Assembly: GCA_963805235.1 (NCBI GenBank)
Contig: CAWDTF010000003.1
Location: 98,819-162,818 of the forward strand
Direction of reading: 5' to 3'
Source: an uncultured Solirubrobacterales bacterium
GTDB lineage: Bacteria > Actinomycetota > Thermoleophilia > Solirubrobacterales > 70-9
Length of the DNA stretch: 64,000 nt
Shown here: in pieces, positions 55,885 through 64,000 of the stretch
How positions within the stretch are numbered: position 1 is the first letter of the stretch
Layout of the letters: each line of letters begins with the position of its first letter
Translations under genes and position numbers: made by a program
The notes under the pieces: generated by a model
The model's input: the letters and a program-made list of their open reading frames with translations, nothing else
Told to the model about the DNA's origin: nothing
Database searches by the model: none

Positions 55885-56801
55885 CTATCCCCCCAGCAGC
55901 TCGGCGGCGATCCGCTCTGCGCGGGCGAGCGCACCGCCCTGGAGGCGCCCGGGACGGTCGCAGCCCTCGTGGTGGCAGGCGTCCTCGCCTCGCCAGGACT
56001 CCAGCACCGCGGCGGGCAGGCCCGCCAGCTCGAGCTCGCGGTGGTCGGAGTTGCCCTGGCCCGAGTCGCGCGCCCAGCGCACGCTGACGCCGGCGCGTTT
56101 GGCGGCCGCCAGCACGGCCTCCTCGACGCCGGGGCGGGTGGAGGGGTGCGGCGAGCGCAGGTAGAAGCGGCGGCCCCGGCCGACCATGTCCACCGAGAGC
56201 GCCAGACGCAGGTCAGCGGCCCGCCCGCGGGATCGGATCGTCTTGACGAGGGCGGCGGCGCCGACGTGGTAGCCGGTGCCGATCACCACGCGCTCCTCGG
56301 CGCCCGTCGCGACCAGCCAGACGTCGCAGGGAGGGTCGAGCCCGGCGAGGCGCGGCGCCAGCCCGACCAGCACCCCGACGCCGGAGGCGTTGTCGTTCGC
56401 GCCGAGGCCGGGCGGGACGCTGTCGGCGTGCGCCATCACGATCGTCAGGCAGTCGCGGGGGGTGTCCAGCTCCCCGATCACGTTGCGCGAGCGCCCGCGG
56501 CCGGGGACGCGGAAGCCGGGCGACGGAGACCTCCAGGCCCGCCGCGGCGAAGCGCTCGGCCACGTAGGCGTGCGCGCGGCGCTCGCCCCGGCCTCCCGCG
56601 GGCCGCGAGCCGATCCTGTCCGGACACGTGGAGCGCCGCGCGCATCGCGCTGACCGGCTTCGCCGCCGTCGCGGATGCGGCCGGCCTCGCCGAGGCGGTC
56701 GCCGCGGACGCGCTCTCGTGGGCGTCCTCCGAGGTCTGGGCTCCGTCCAGGAGGACCCCCGCGAGCACGGCGATCAACAGCAGGGCCAGGCCTCTCCTCA
56801 C
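55885..56801 (-). CDS. Secreted M28-family aminopeptidase; two frame breaks (about 56620 and 56515)
   Basis: GTG 56801 with signal RRGLALLLIAVLAGVLL. IGSRPAGGRGERRAHAYVAERFAAAGL and FRVPGRGRSRNVIGEL in other frames. MAHADSV, GANDNASGV in ORF 55885..56481. Confidence 0.75.
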
Positions 56802-56845
56802 CCGGGCATTCTCGCAGCGCCCCGGGTCTTGGGCGCGCGAAGGGA

Positions 56846-57447
56846 CTACTCCGCGACCGCGATCATGCCGCACATGAGGTCGGCGGCCTGTGCGTCGTCG
56901 AGGCCCTGCTCGCGTGCGAGCGAGCGCCAGGTCGTGAACGCGATCGCGTGTCCGACGCGCACCGCGGAGGACCGCACTCCGGCGGCCGCGGGTGCGGCGG
57001 CCCTGCATCAGGAGGTCCGGGGGCGTGCCATGATAGGCGCGGTAGCCGCCGCCGAACAGGCGGCCGACGATCGGGACCGTGGCTTCGTCGCGATGGAGGT
57101 TCGCGAGCATCGGCTCGCAGCGGCGGTAGTAGGGATAGAGCTCGCCGAGCGCCAGGCGCGAGGCGCTCGCCGGGCTCCTCGATCGCCGCCCAGGCGCTCG
57201 GGTCGGGCGGAGGGTTTTGCTCCCGCCAGTGGGCCGAGCAGGCCGCGAACACGGCCTCCTCGTCGGGGAAGTGGCGGTAGAGGGTGGAGCGGCGAACACC
57301 TGCGCGGTCGGCGATTGCGCTGATCGAGGTCCGCGATGGCCCCACGGTCCCGTGCAGCTCGACCGCGCTCTCAGTTATCCGCCGCCGGGTCTCGGCCTCC
57401 GTCTCGGCACGGCGCTTCTTCCGGTATGGACGCTTTTCGTCAGACAT
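56846..57447 (-). CDS. TetR-family transcriptional regulator; at least 2 frame breaks (about 57156 and about 57000)
   Basis: HTH TSISAIADRAGVRRSTLYRHF. The sense continues LALGELYPYYRRCEPMLANLHRD, then ...VRVGHAIAFTTWRSLAREQGLDDAQAADLMCGMIAVAE with stop TAG 56846. Confidence 0.7.
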
Positions 57448-57463
57448 AGGTGTTCGATGAATC

Positions 57464-57493
57464 TTGACAGGTGCGCGCCGACGCATGTAGTAT
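57464..57493 (+). promoter_or_regulatory. Strong sigma-70-like promoter TTGACA-18-TAGTAT upstream of the cupin gene (divergent from TetR)
   Basis: Read directly. Followed by AAGGAGAAAGGAGAGG and ATG 57536. Confidence 0.5.
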
Positions 57494-57535
57494 TGGCGCA
57501 ACAGCAATGTTCAAGGAGAAAGGAGAGGCGCGGAG

Positions 57536-58045
57536 ATGCCGGCGAAGGCTGATCTCGGCCCCAAGGACGGCAAGGCGGGTTGGCTGGGGAGCATCGGCGT
57601 GCGGTTCATGGTCGGCACCGAGGAGGCCGGCGGCGGCTTCTCGCTGGTCGAGCATCCGATGCCGCCGCGCGCGCTGGCCGCGCCGCTGCATCGCCACTCG
57701 CGCGAAGACGAGTACAGCTACGTCGCTCGAGGGGAAGCTGGGCGCGCTGCTCGGCGACGAGGTCGCTGATCGCCGAGGCCGGGGACCTCGTCTTCAAGCC
57801 GCGCGACCAGTGGCACACGTTCTGGAACGCGGGGGACGAGCCGGCGCGGATCCTCGAGATCATCTCCCCGGGCGGCTTCGAGCGGTACTTCGACGAGCTG
57901 GTCGAGATGGGCGGCGGCCCGCAGGCCGACCCGCAGGCGCTCGGCGAGCTTTCGCGCCCGCTACGGGCTGGAGATGAAGCCGGAGAGCGTCCCAGAGCTG
58001 CTCGAGCGCTTCGGCCTCGTGCTCGGCGAGCCAGACGCCCGCTGA
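57536..58045 (+). CDS. Cupin-domain protein; three successive +1 frame breaks (about 57725, 57765 and 57960)
   Basis: PLHRHSREDEYSYV / LEGKLGALLGDEV / LIAEAGDLVFKPRDQWHTFWNAGDEPARILEIISPGGFERYF... / RYGLEMKPESVPELLERFGLVLGEPDAR. Confidence 0.65.
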
Positions 58046-58066
58046 GGAGACCAATACGCTGTCGCC

Positions 58067-59186
58067 ATGGCCGAGGCGCTTTCCGTGGAGCAGGTCCCGG
58101 CGCGGCTCGCCGAGATCCGCGATCAGTTGAAGCTGCTCGCGGACTACCTTTGACCCCGCTTCCCTGAAGCAACAGGTCGAGGCGCTCGAGTCCGAGATGC
58201 AGCGTCCGGGGTTCTGGGACGACCAGGCCACGGGCGCTCGGACCTCTGAGCAGCACGCGCGCGCGCAGCGCCGGCTGCAGGGGTTCGAGCGGCTCACCTC
58301 CGACGTCGACGACCTCGATGAGCTCGCGGAGCTGGCGACCGAGGACGAGGAGATGGCGGGGGAGCTCGCCGGCCAGGTCGCCTCGATCGAGGCGCGCCTC
58401 GCGGAGCTCGAGGAGGAGCGCCTCTTCTCGGGCCCCTACGACGCCGGCGACGCCGTGGTCACGGTCAACGCGGGCGCCGGCGGCACCGACTCCCAGGACT
58501 GGGCCGAGATGCTGCTGCGCATGTACCTGCGCTGGGCCGAGCGCCGCGGCTTCAAGGTCGAGATGACGGAGGCCTCCCCGGGGGAGGAGGCCGGGCTGAA
58601 GTCCGCGACCTTCATCGCCCGCGGCGAGAACGCCTACGGCCTCTTCGCGGCCGAGCGCGGCGTCCACCGCCTGATCCGGATCTCGCCGTTCGACTCGTCC
58701 GGCCGCCGCCACACGAGCTTCGCCCAGCTCGACGTCGCGCCGCTGGTGGAGGGGGACGTCGAGGTCGAGGTGGACGAAGGCGACCTCCGGGTGGACACCT
58801 ACCGCGCGTCCGGCGCCGGCGGCCAGCACGTCAACAAGACCGATTCGGCGGTCCGCATCACCCACGTCCCCACCGGGCTCGTCGTCCAGTGCCAGAACGA
58901 GCGCTCGCAGACCCAGAACAAGGCGGTCGCGATGCAGCTCCTGCGCAGCCGGCTGCTGGAGCTGGCCGAGCGCGAGCGGGCGGAGGAGCTGGCCGAGGAG
59001 CGCGGAGAGGTGAAGTCGGCGGAGTGGGGCTCGCAGATCCGCAGCTACTTCCTGCACCCCGACCAGCGGGTCAAGGACCACCGGACCGGCTTCGAGATGG
59101 GCGACGCCCAGCGCGTCCTCGACGGCGACCTCGACGGCTTCGTGCGCGAGTACCTGAACCAGGCCGCCGGCGCGAACGGGAAGTAG
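58067..59186 (+). CDS. prfB: Peptide chain release factor 2, requiring the programmed +1 ribosomal frameshift at CTT TGA C
   Basis: ORF0 MAEALSVEQVPARLAEIRDQLKLLADYL-stop (58067-58153). The +1 frame continues DPASLKQQVEALESEMQRPGFWDD into ORF 58197..59186. SPF motif (RISPFDS) and GGQ (SGAGGQHVN). Confidence 0.92.
58148..58154 (+). other. prfB: prfB autoregulatory +1 recoding site CTT-TGA-C
   Basis: Exact CUU UGA C heptamer at the junction of the two prfB frames. Confidence 0.9.
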
Positions 59187-59216
59187 GCGAGGCCCGGCGA
59201 GGAGGCCCGGGCGCGC

Positions 59217-59840
59217 CTACAGGGAGCCCTCGAGGCCCAGCAGCGCCCGCTTCATCTCCGGCCCGCCGCCGTAGTTGCCGGGCTTGCCGCCCGACTGCAC
59301 GACGCGGTGGCAGGGGACGATCAGCGGCACCGGGTTGTTGCCGCATGCGGTGCCGGCCGCGCGGGATGCCCGCGGGTTCCCCGCATTCGCCGCCACCTCG
59401 CCGTAGCTGCGCGTCTCGCCGTAGGGGATGCGCGCGACGACGTGCAGCACCCTGTCCGTGAACCCGTGCGCGAGCTGCCAGTCGACAGGCACGCTGAAGT
59501 CGCGCAGCTCGCCCTCGAAGTAGGCATCGAGCTCGCGGCGGGCGTCGTCGAGGCGGCCGGGCGACTCGAGGACCCGGGGCGAGACCAGCGCCGCCAGCTC
59601 CCGCAGGACCAGGTCCGGGTCCTGGTTCGGGAGGCCGAGCTTGACCACGCCGCCTCCGGTCGCCGCCAGCAGCAGCGGCCCGTAGGGCGAGTCCACGCTC
59701 GCGTAGGCGACCTCCACCAGGCCCTCGCGCTCGGCGCGGCCGACGGCCTCGCGCGTCAGCCGCTCGAGGTCGAGCCCGCTCGCGGCCTCCGCGATCGCCT
59801 TGCCCACGGCCCCCTGTTCCGGAGTCGGGTTCCCAGTCAT
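59217..59840 (-). CDS. ogt: Methylated-DNA--protein-cysteine methyltransferase (Ogt/MGMT) with a ~45-aa N-terminal extension
   Basis: Active site IVPCHRVV, RAAGTACGNNP helix. ATGA overlap with the upstream ECF sigma gene. Confidence 0.9.
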   Translation of the reverse strand: MTGNPTPEQGAVGKAIAEAASGLDLERLTREAVGRAEREGLVEVAYASVDSPYGPLLLAATGGGVVKLGLPNQDPDLVLRELAALVSPRVLESPGRLDDARRELDAYFEGELRDFSVPVDWQLAHGFTDRVLHVVARIPYGETRSYGEVAANAGNPRASRAAGTACGNNPVPLIVPCHRVVQSGGKPGNYGGGPEMKRALLGLEGSL

Positions 59841-60325
59841 GTCAGCTCACCTCTCAGCTTCGTCAGCCCTTCGTGGACGTTCCTGCGCGCCGCGTCGGTC
59901 GAGATGCCGAGCATCTCGCCGATCTGCGCGTACTTCATGTCGGTCGCGAAGCGCAGCGCGACGGCGCTGCGCTGCTTCGGGGGCAGCACGCCGACGGTCC
60001 GCCAGAACTCGCCGGACTCGGCCGCGGCGTCGATCCCCCGGTCCGCGACCGCCACGCCCCCCGCGACCTCGTCGCCGCTGCCCGCGGGCACCGCGGCCCG
60101 GCGCCTGGCCCGGTGATGGTCGATCGCCTTGCGGTGGGCGATCGTCAGCAGCCATCCGCGCAGGTTTCCCGCGTGGTCCAGGCCGGGATAGGCACGGAGC
60201 GCGGAGATGAAGGTCTCTTGGAAGCAGTCCTCGGCGTCGTGCGGCCCGACCGTGCCCACCAGGAAGCGCAGCACGTCGCGGCCGTGCTCGTCGATCAGCT
60301 CTGCGAACGGCGGTAGCGTTGCCAT
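59837..60325 (-). CDS. ECF-type RNA polymerase sigma factor (162 aa)
   Basis: Internal ATG 60325 of ORF 59837..60796. Region 2 DCFQETFISALRAY, WLLTIAHRKAIDHHR. Region 4 MKYAQIGEMLGISTDAARRNVHEGLTKLR. Confidence 0.85.
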   Translation of the reverse strand: MATLPPFAELIDEHGRDVLRFLVGTVGPHDAEDCFQETFISALRAYPGLDHAGNLRGWLLTIAHRKAIDHHRARRRAAVPAGSGDEVAGGVAVADRGIDAAAESGEFWRTVGVLPPKQRSAVALRFATDMKYAQIGEMLGISTDAARRNVHEGLTKLRGELT

Positions 60326-60331
60326 CTGCCC

Positions 60332-61183
60332 ATGAAACGTCCCACAGACGAGCTTTGTGAGACCGTCACCCACGCCCTCGCCGAGGACATCGGCCCCGGC
60401 GACGTGACGGCGGAGGCGACCGTTCCCGACGAGGCGCGCGCCCGCGCGTCGATCCTCCAAAAGCAGCCCGGCGTCCTCTTCGGGCTCGACGCCGCCCGCG
60501 AGGCCGTCCGCCTGTGCGGAGGCGAGAGCTTCGACGCCCTCGTGGTCGAGGGCCAGTGGCGCGACGACGTCCCGGTGATGGTGGCTCGGGCAGCAGGCCC
60601 CGCCCGCGGCCTGCTCGCCGCCGAGCGCGTCGCGCTGAACATGCTCGGCCACCTCTCGGGCGTCGCCACGCTCACCGCCCGGTTCGTCAGGGAGATAGAG
60701 GGTTCCGGGGCGCGCATCCTCGACACCCGCAAGACCACCCCGGGCCTTCGCCTGCTCGAGAAGGAGGCGGTCGCCGCGGGCGGCGGCCTGAACCACCGCA
60801 TGGGCTTATACGACGCGGTGCTGATCAAGGAGAACCACGCCGCCATCGCCGGCGGGGTGGGGGAGGCCGTGCGCCGCGCGCGCGAGGCTCAGCCGCGGCT
60901 CCAGATCGAGGTGGAGTGCCGCGACCTCGACGATGTGCGCGAGGCGATCGCGGCGGGCGCCGACCGCCTGCTTCTGGACAACATGGGCCTCGAGGGGCTC
61001 CGGACCGCGGTGGCCGCCGCCCGCGAGGCGGAGGAGCCGCCTGACCTCGAGGCCTCGGGCGGGATCACGCTCGAGACCGTGGCGGAGGTCGCCGCCACCG
61101 GGGTGGACTTCATCTCGGTCGGGGCGCTGACCCACTCCGCGCCCGCGCTCGACATCAGCATGGAGCTCCAGCCGGCTACTTGA
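60332..61183 (+). CDS. nadC: Nicotinate-nucleotide pyrophosphorylase (carboxylating)
   Basis: QPRTase blocks ALAEDIGPGDVT, ILDTRKTTPGLR, LIKENH, LLDNM, ASGGIT. Confidence 0.92.
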   Translation: MKRPTDELCETVTHALAEDIGPGDVTAEATVPDEARARASILQKQPGVLFGLDAAREAVRLCGGESFDALVVEGQWRDDVPVMVARAAGPARGLLAAERVALNMLGHLSGVATLTARFVREIEGSGARILDTRKTTPGLRLLEKEAVAAGGGLNHRMGLYDAVLIKENHAAIAGGVGEAVRRAREAQPRLQIEVECRDLDDVREAIAAGADRLLLDNMGLEGLRTAVAAAREAEEPPDLEASGGITLETVAEVAATGVDFISVGALTHSAPALDISMELQPAT

Positions 61184-62033
61184 GCAGGCGGGAGAGGCGG
61201 CGGTCCTTGAGCACCCGCCCGCCGGTCTGCTCGGCCGGGCAGTAGTTCATCTGGTGCTCGGAGAAGAAGACGGCCTCGATCGCGGTGCCGCAGCGCGGGC
61301 ACGGCTCACCCTCGCGCCGGTGCACCTTCAGCGGCATCGGCATCTTGTCGGGAATGGCCTCGCCGACGACCTCCTCGTAGTGATCGATCGCGTCGTCGAG
61401 CACGTGGAGGGCGTCGTGGAGGCGCGCCACCTCCTCGCCGCGCAGCTCCGAGCCCTTCTTGAACGGCGACAGCCGGGCCTCCCAGAGGATCTCGTCGACC
61501 CACGAGCGCCCGATCCCTGCGATCGTGCGCTGGTCGCGCAGGAGGGGGTGGAGGTGTCCCGGCTTGGCGAGCAGCTTCGCGAACTCCTCCCGAGGTGGTG
61601 GCGGCCAGGCGTCGGGTCCCAGCGTCGCGACCATCTCGTCGCGCTCGACCTCGTCGCGGGGAAGCAGCTTCGCCCACGCCGACTGCCGGGTGCCGAACTC
61701 GCGCAGGCGCAGCTCGCGGCCGCCGGCGATCCGCACCAGCAGGCGCGAGCGGCGGTCCTTCAGCGAGGCGCGCTTGTCGAAGACCTGGAGGCGGCCGGCC
61801 GACATCAGGTGGACGAGCAGCGTCAGCTTCTCGCCGCCGGCGTCGAGGTCCGTGGCGAGCATCTTGCCGATCCGCCGCATGCCCTCGACGCGGGCGCCGA
61901 CCAGGGCATCGAGCGGCGGCTCGAACGTCTTCAGCGTCGCGACACCGGCCGCGAGGGCGGACTCGACCTCGGCCCCCTCGAGCGCTGCGCCGAGCCGCCG
62001 GGCGGTGATCTCGACCTCGGGAAGCTCGGGCAT
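61176..62033 (-). CDS. Fpg/Nei-family DNA glycosylase/AP lyase with an atypical zinc finger
   Basis: MPELPEVE N-terminus, H2TH block. C-terminus CPRCG...YCPAEQ (the fourth Cys position is Glu). Confidence 0.88.
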   Translation of the reverse strand: MPELPEVEITARRLGAALEGAEVESALAAGVATLKTFEPPLDALVGARVEGMRRIGKMLATDLDAGGEKLTLLVHLMSAGRLQVFDKRASLKDRRSRLLVRIAGGRELRLREFGTRQSAWAKLLPRDEVERDEMVATLGPDAWPPPPREEFAKLLAKPGHLHPLLRDQRTIAGIGRSWVDEILWEARLSPFKKGSELRGEEVARLHDALHVLDDAIDHYEEVVGEAIPDKMPMPLKVHRREGEPCPRCGTAIEAVFFSEHQMNYCPAEQTGGRVLKDRRLSRLLK

Positions 62034-62121
62034 CCGGCTAGACTTTAGGCACAGTCATTCGCCTGTCTCGAGGCATCAGCCGGGGCGGCGAACATAAGCA
62101 CCGAGAGGAGGGCTGGCCCAG

Positions 62122-63156
62122 ATGTCGCGGCTACCGCTACCGACCGTCGACGAGCTTCCCGCAGAGCTGAGCGCGGAGGAGGTCTCGCGCCTCGGCGGCG
62201 AGGTCCGGGCGCTCGCGCGCGAGCGCGACGCCGTCATCCTCGCCCACAACTACCAGCTCCCCGAGCTGCAGGACGTCGCCGACTTCACCGGCGACTCGCT
62301 CCAGCTCTCGCGCCAGGCCGCGGCCACCGGCGCAGAGGTGATCGCTTTCTGCGGGGTCCACTTCATGGCCGAGACGGCCTCCATCCTCAGCCCCGACAAG
62401 ACCGTCCTGATCCCCGATCTCGGCGCGGGCTGCTCGCTCTCGGACTCCATCGACGCCGACCAGCTCAGGGCCTGGAAGGCCGAGCACCCTGGGGCCGTCG
62501 TGGTCATGTACGTCAACACCTCGGCCGAGGTCAAGGCCGAGACCGACTACTGCTGCACCTCGTCGAACGCGGTCAAGGTCGTCGAGCACATCTGGCGCGA
62601 GCACGGCCCCGAGACCGAGATCCTCTTCGGCCCGGACATGTGGCTCGGCGCGTTCGTCGAGCGCGAGACCGGGCTGCGCGAGGACCCCGAGCGGCGCGCC
62701 CGCTTCCACGTCTGGGACGGCGAGTGCCACGTGCACGCCGGCATCCGCCCGGACGACATCAAGGCGACCCGCGAGGCCCACCCCGGCGCCGAGTTCCTGA
62801 TCCATCCGGAGTGCGGCTGCTCGACCCAGGCGATGGAGTACGTCGCCTCCGGCGACGTCAGCTCCGAGGGCGTCCACATGCTCTCCACCTCGGGCATGAT
62901 CGACTACGTCTCCGAGCATCCCGACGGCGAGTTCATCATCGCCACCGAGAACGGCATGCTGCACCCGCTGCATCAGGCGGCCCCGCGGGCGAACCTGATC
63001 GAGGCCAACCGCATGGCGTTCTGCAAGTACATGAAGATGATCACGCTGCCGAAGCTGCGCGACTCCCTGCGCGACCTCAAGTACGAGGTCAAGGTTGACG
63101 AGGCGATCGCCGCCCGCGCGACCGTGCCGATCGAGCGCATGGTCGCGATCGGCTGA
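62122..63156 (+). CDS. nadA: Quinolinate synthase A
   Basis: Full-length NadA similarity (ILAHNYQ, FCGVHFMAETA, VNTSAEVKA, HPECGC). Confidence 0.93.
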   Translation: MSRLPLPTVDELPAELSAEEVSRLGGEVRALARERDAVILAHNYQLPELQDVADFTGDSLQLSRQAAATGAEVIAFCGVHFMAETASILSPDKTVLIPDLGAGCSLSDSIDADQLRAWKAEHPGAVVVMYVNTSAEVKAETDYCCTSSNAVKVVEHIWREHGPETEILFGPDMWLGAFVERETGLREDPERRARFHVWDGECHVHAGIRPDDIKATREAHPGAEFLIHPECGCSTQAMEYVASGDVSSEGVHMLSTSGMIDYVSEHPDGEFIIATENGMLHPLHQAAPRANLIEANRMAFCKYMKMITLPKLRDSLRDLKYEVKVDEAIAARATVPIERMVAIG

Positions 63157-63266
63157 GCCGCGGGCCGCCCGCCGCGGTACGGGTTTCTGCGGTGGCCGGG
63201 CGGCCCGCGCTGGGTTAGGCTCGCCGCGCCTGGATCCGGCGACCGGACGGGGAAGGGGAGAAGGAA

Positions 63267-64000
63267 ATGGAGACGCAGCGTCCGGCAGGACCGCGATTCG
63301 GCCTTGTCGCGCTGGCGGCGGCGGCCCGGCGCTCATGCGCCGCCTCGCGGCGGACGCGCGCGTGTACGTCGCGCTCGAGGCCGCGCCGACGAGCCGGGGC
63401 GAGCACCGCGGAGAAGCAGGCCGCGGGGCGGTCGATCCCGCCGGAGCGGACCGCGCATCGTCGGCGGCACCGACCACGACGGTCAACGAGTACCCCTGGC
63501 AGGTGGCGCTCGTCTACGACGCGCACGTCGCGATCATCCCGCCGGACAACGACTTCCAGCCGGCAATTCTGCGGCGGCACGGCTGATCACCCCGCGGATC
63601 GTCCTGACCGCCGCGCCGCGTCTCGACACCTCCGGACTCGGCACCGGCGACCTAGCACCGAACGACGGTGGCGCCGCCGTGACACCCCGGAGACGAACGA
63701 CCTCGACGTCGTCGACCGGCAACGATCCGACGTCATCGACGCCCGGCGGTGCTCGGCGAGAGAGGTCGAACGTGATCCGGCGGTCTACATCGACGACTAC
63801 AACCCCGCGACCAGCGATTTCGACGCCGCCTGGCTGGTGCTGCGTCGCCTGCGGCGCCGCCGGCGAGCCGGACCCTCGATCGACAGGGCCGAGCCCTCGA
63901 GGCGGCGCTCTGGGCCGCCGGGCGCCCGACGCGCGTCAGCGGCTGGGGCGCGACGTCCCAGGGCGTGCTCGGTGGGCGTCGGACACGCTGAAGCGCGACC
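63267..64000 (+). pseudogene. Trypsin-like (S1A) serine protease, multiply frame-disrupted with an in-frame stop; continues past the window end
   Basis: ATG after GGGGAGAAGGAA. RIVGG.., NEYPWQVALV, FCGGT(L)ITPRIVLTAA, DFDAAWLVL, RVSGWGATSQG lie in different frames. The expected His-Cys after LTAA is not recoverable. Confidence 0.5.

Noticed and set aside
62034-62121. NAD+ riboswitch or NrtR/NadR operator upstream of nadA
   Set aside because: I could not recognise a conserved nadA-motif domain. Only short, weak inverted repeats (ACAG...CTGT) are present. TAGACT at about 62039 is more simply a -10 element.

Overview
This is a very GC-rich chromosomal core segment. The gene content looks Actinomycetota-like (Thermoleophilia/Rubrobacteria-type), but that is an inference from content only. 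Left to right it carries: etfA and ETF-QO; a PfkB kinase, a CpsB-type phosphatase, a GNAT, a cytochrome c, an orphan NarL regulator and a sulfatase; then rpmE-DUF1385 and prfA-prmC-tsaC, separated by an OmpR/kinase pair and an ApbE / di-haem membrane protein / ferredoxin module; R2lox-TetR; a tight glyA-heliorhodopsin-DUF354-wecA-like block; an S1 protease, an anti-sigma/ECF sigma pair and an RTX-like secreted protein; the complete F1Fo atp operon; an M20 peptidase, an LCP protein, ugd and sugar-nucleotide genes; a MacB-type ABC transporter; arfB, an adenylate cyclase and a MerR regulator; a large membrane protein; ahcY; comF-hpf-secA; a DUF559 protein; an M28 peptidase; a TetR/cupin pair; prfB; ogt plus an ECF sigma; nadC, fpg/nei and nadA; and a degraded trypsin-like gene at the window end. 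I recognised no rRNA, tRNA, CRISPR array, transposase or prophage genes. Two points dominate. First, a heliorhodopsin gene is present but invisible as a single ORF because it is split over three frames. Second, by manual reconstruction roughly four dozen single-base frame breaks interrupt otherwise well-conserved genes, including essential ones such as atpB and glyA. They are strongly clustered, which points to assembly or sequencing indels rather than biology. The one exception is the classical programmed +1 frameshift in prfB. Frame-junction coordinates are hand-derived and approximate (about +/-5 nt). Long Arg/Pro/Gly-rich ORFs antisense or out of frame to recognised genes are treated as GC artefacts.
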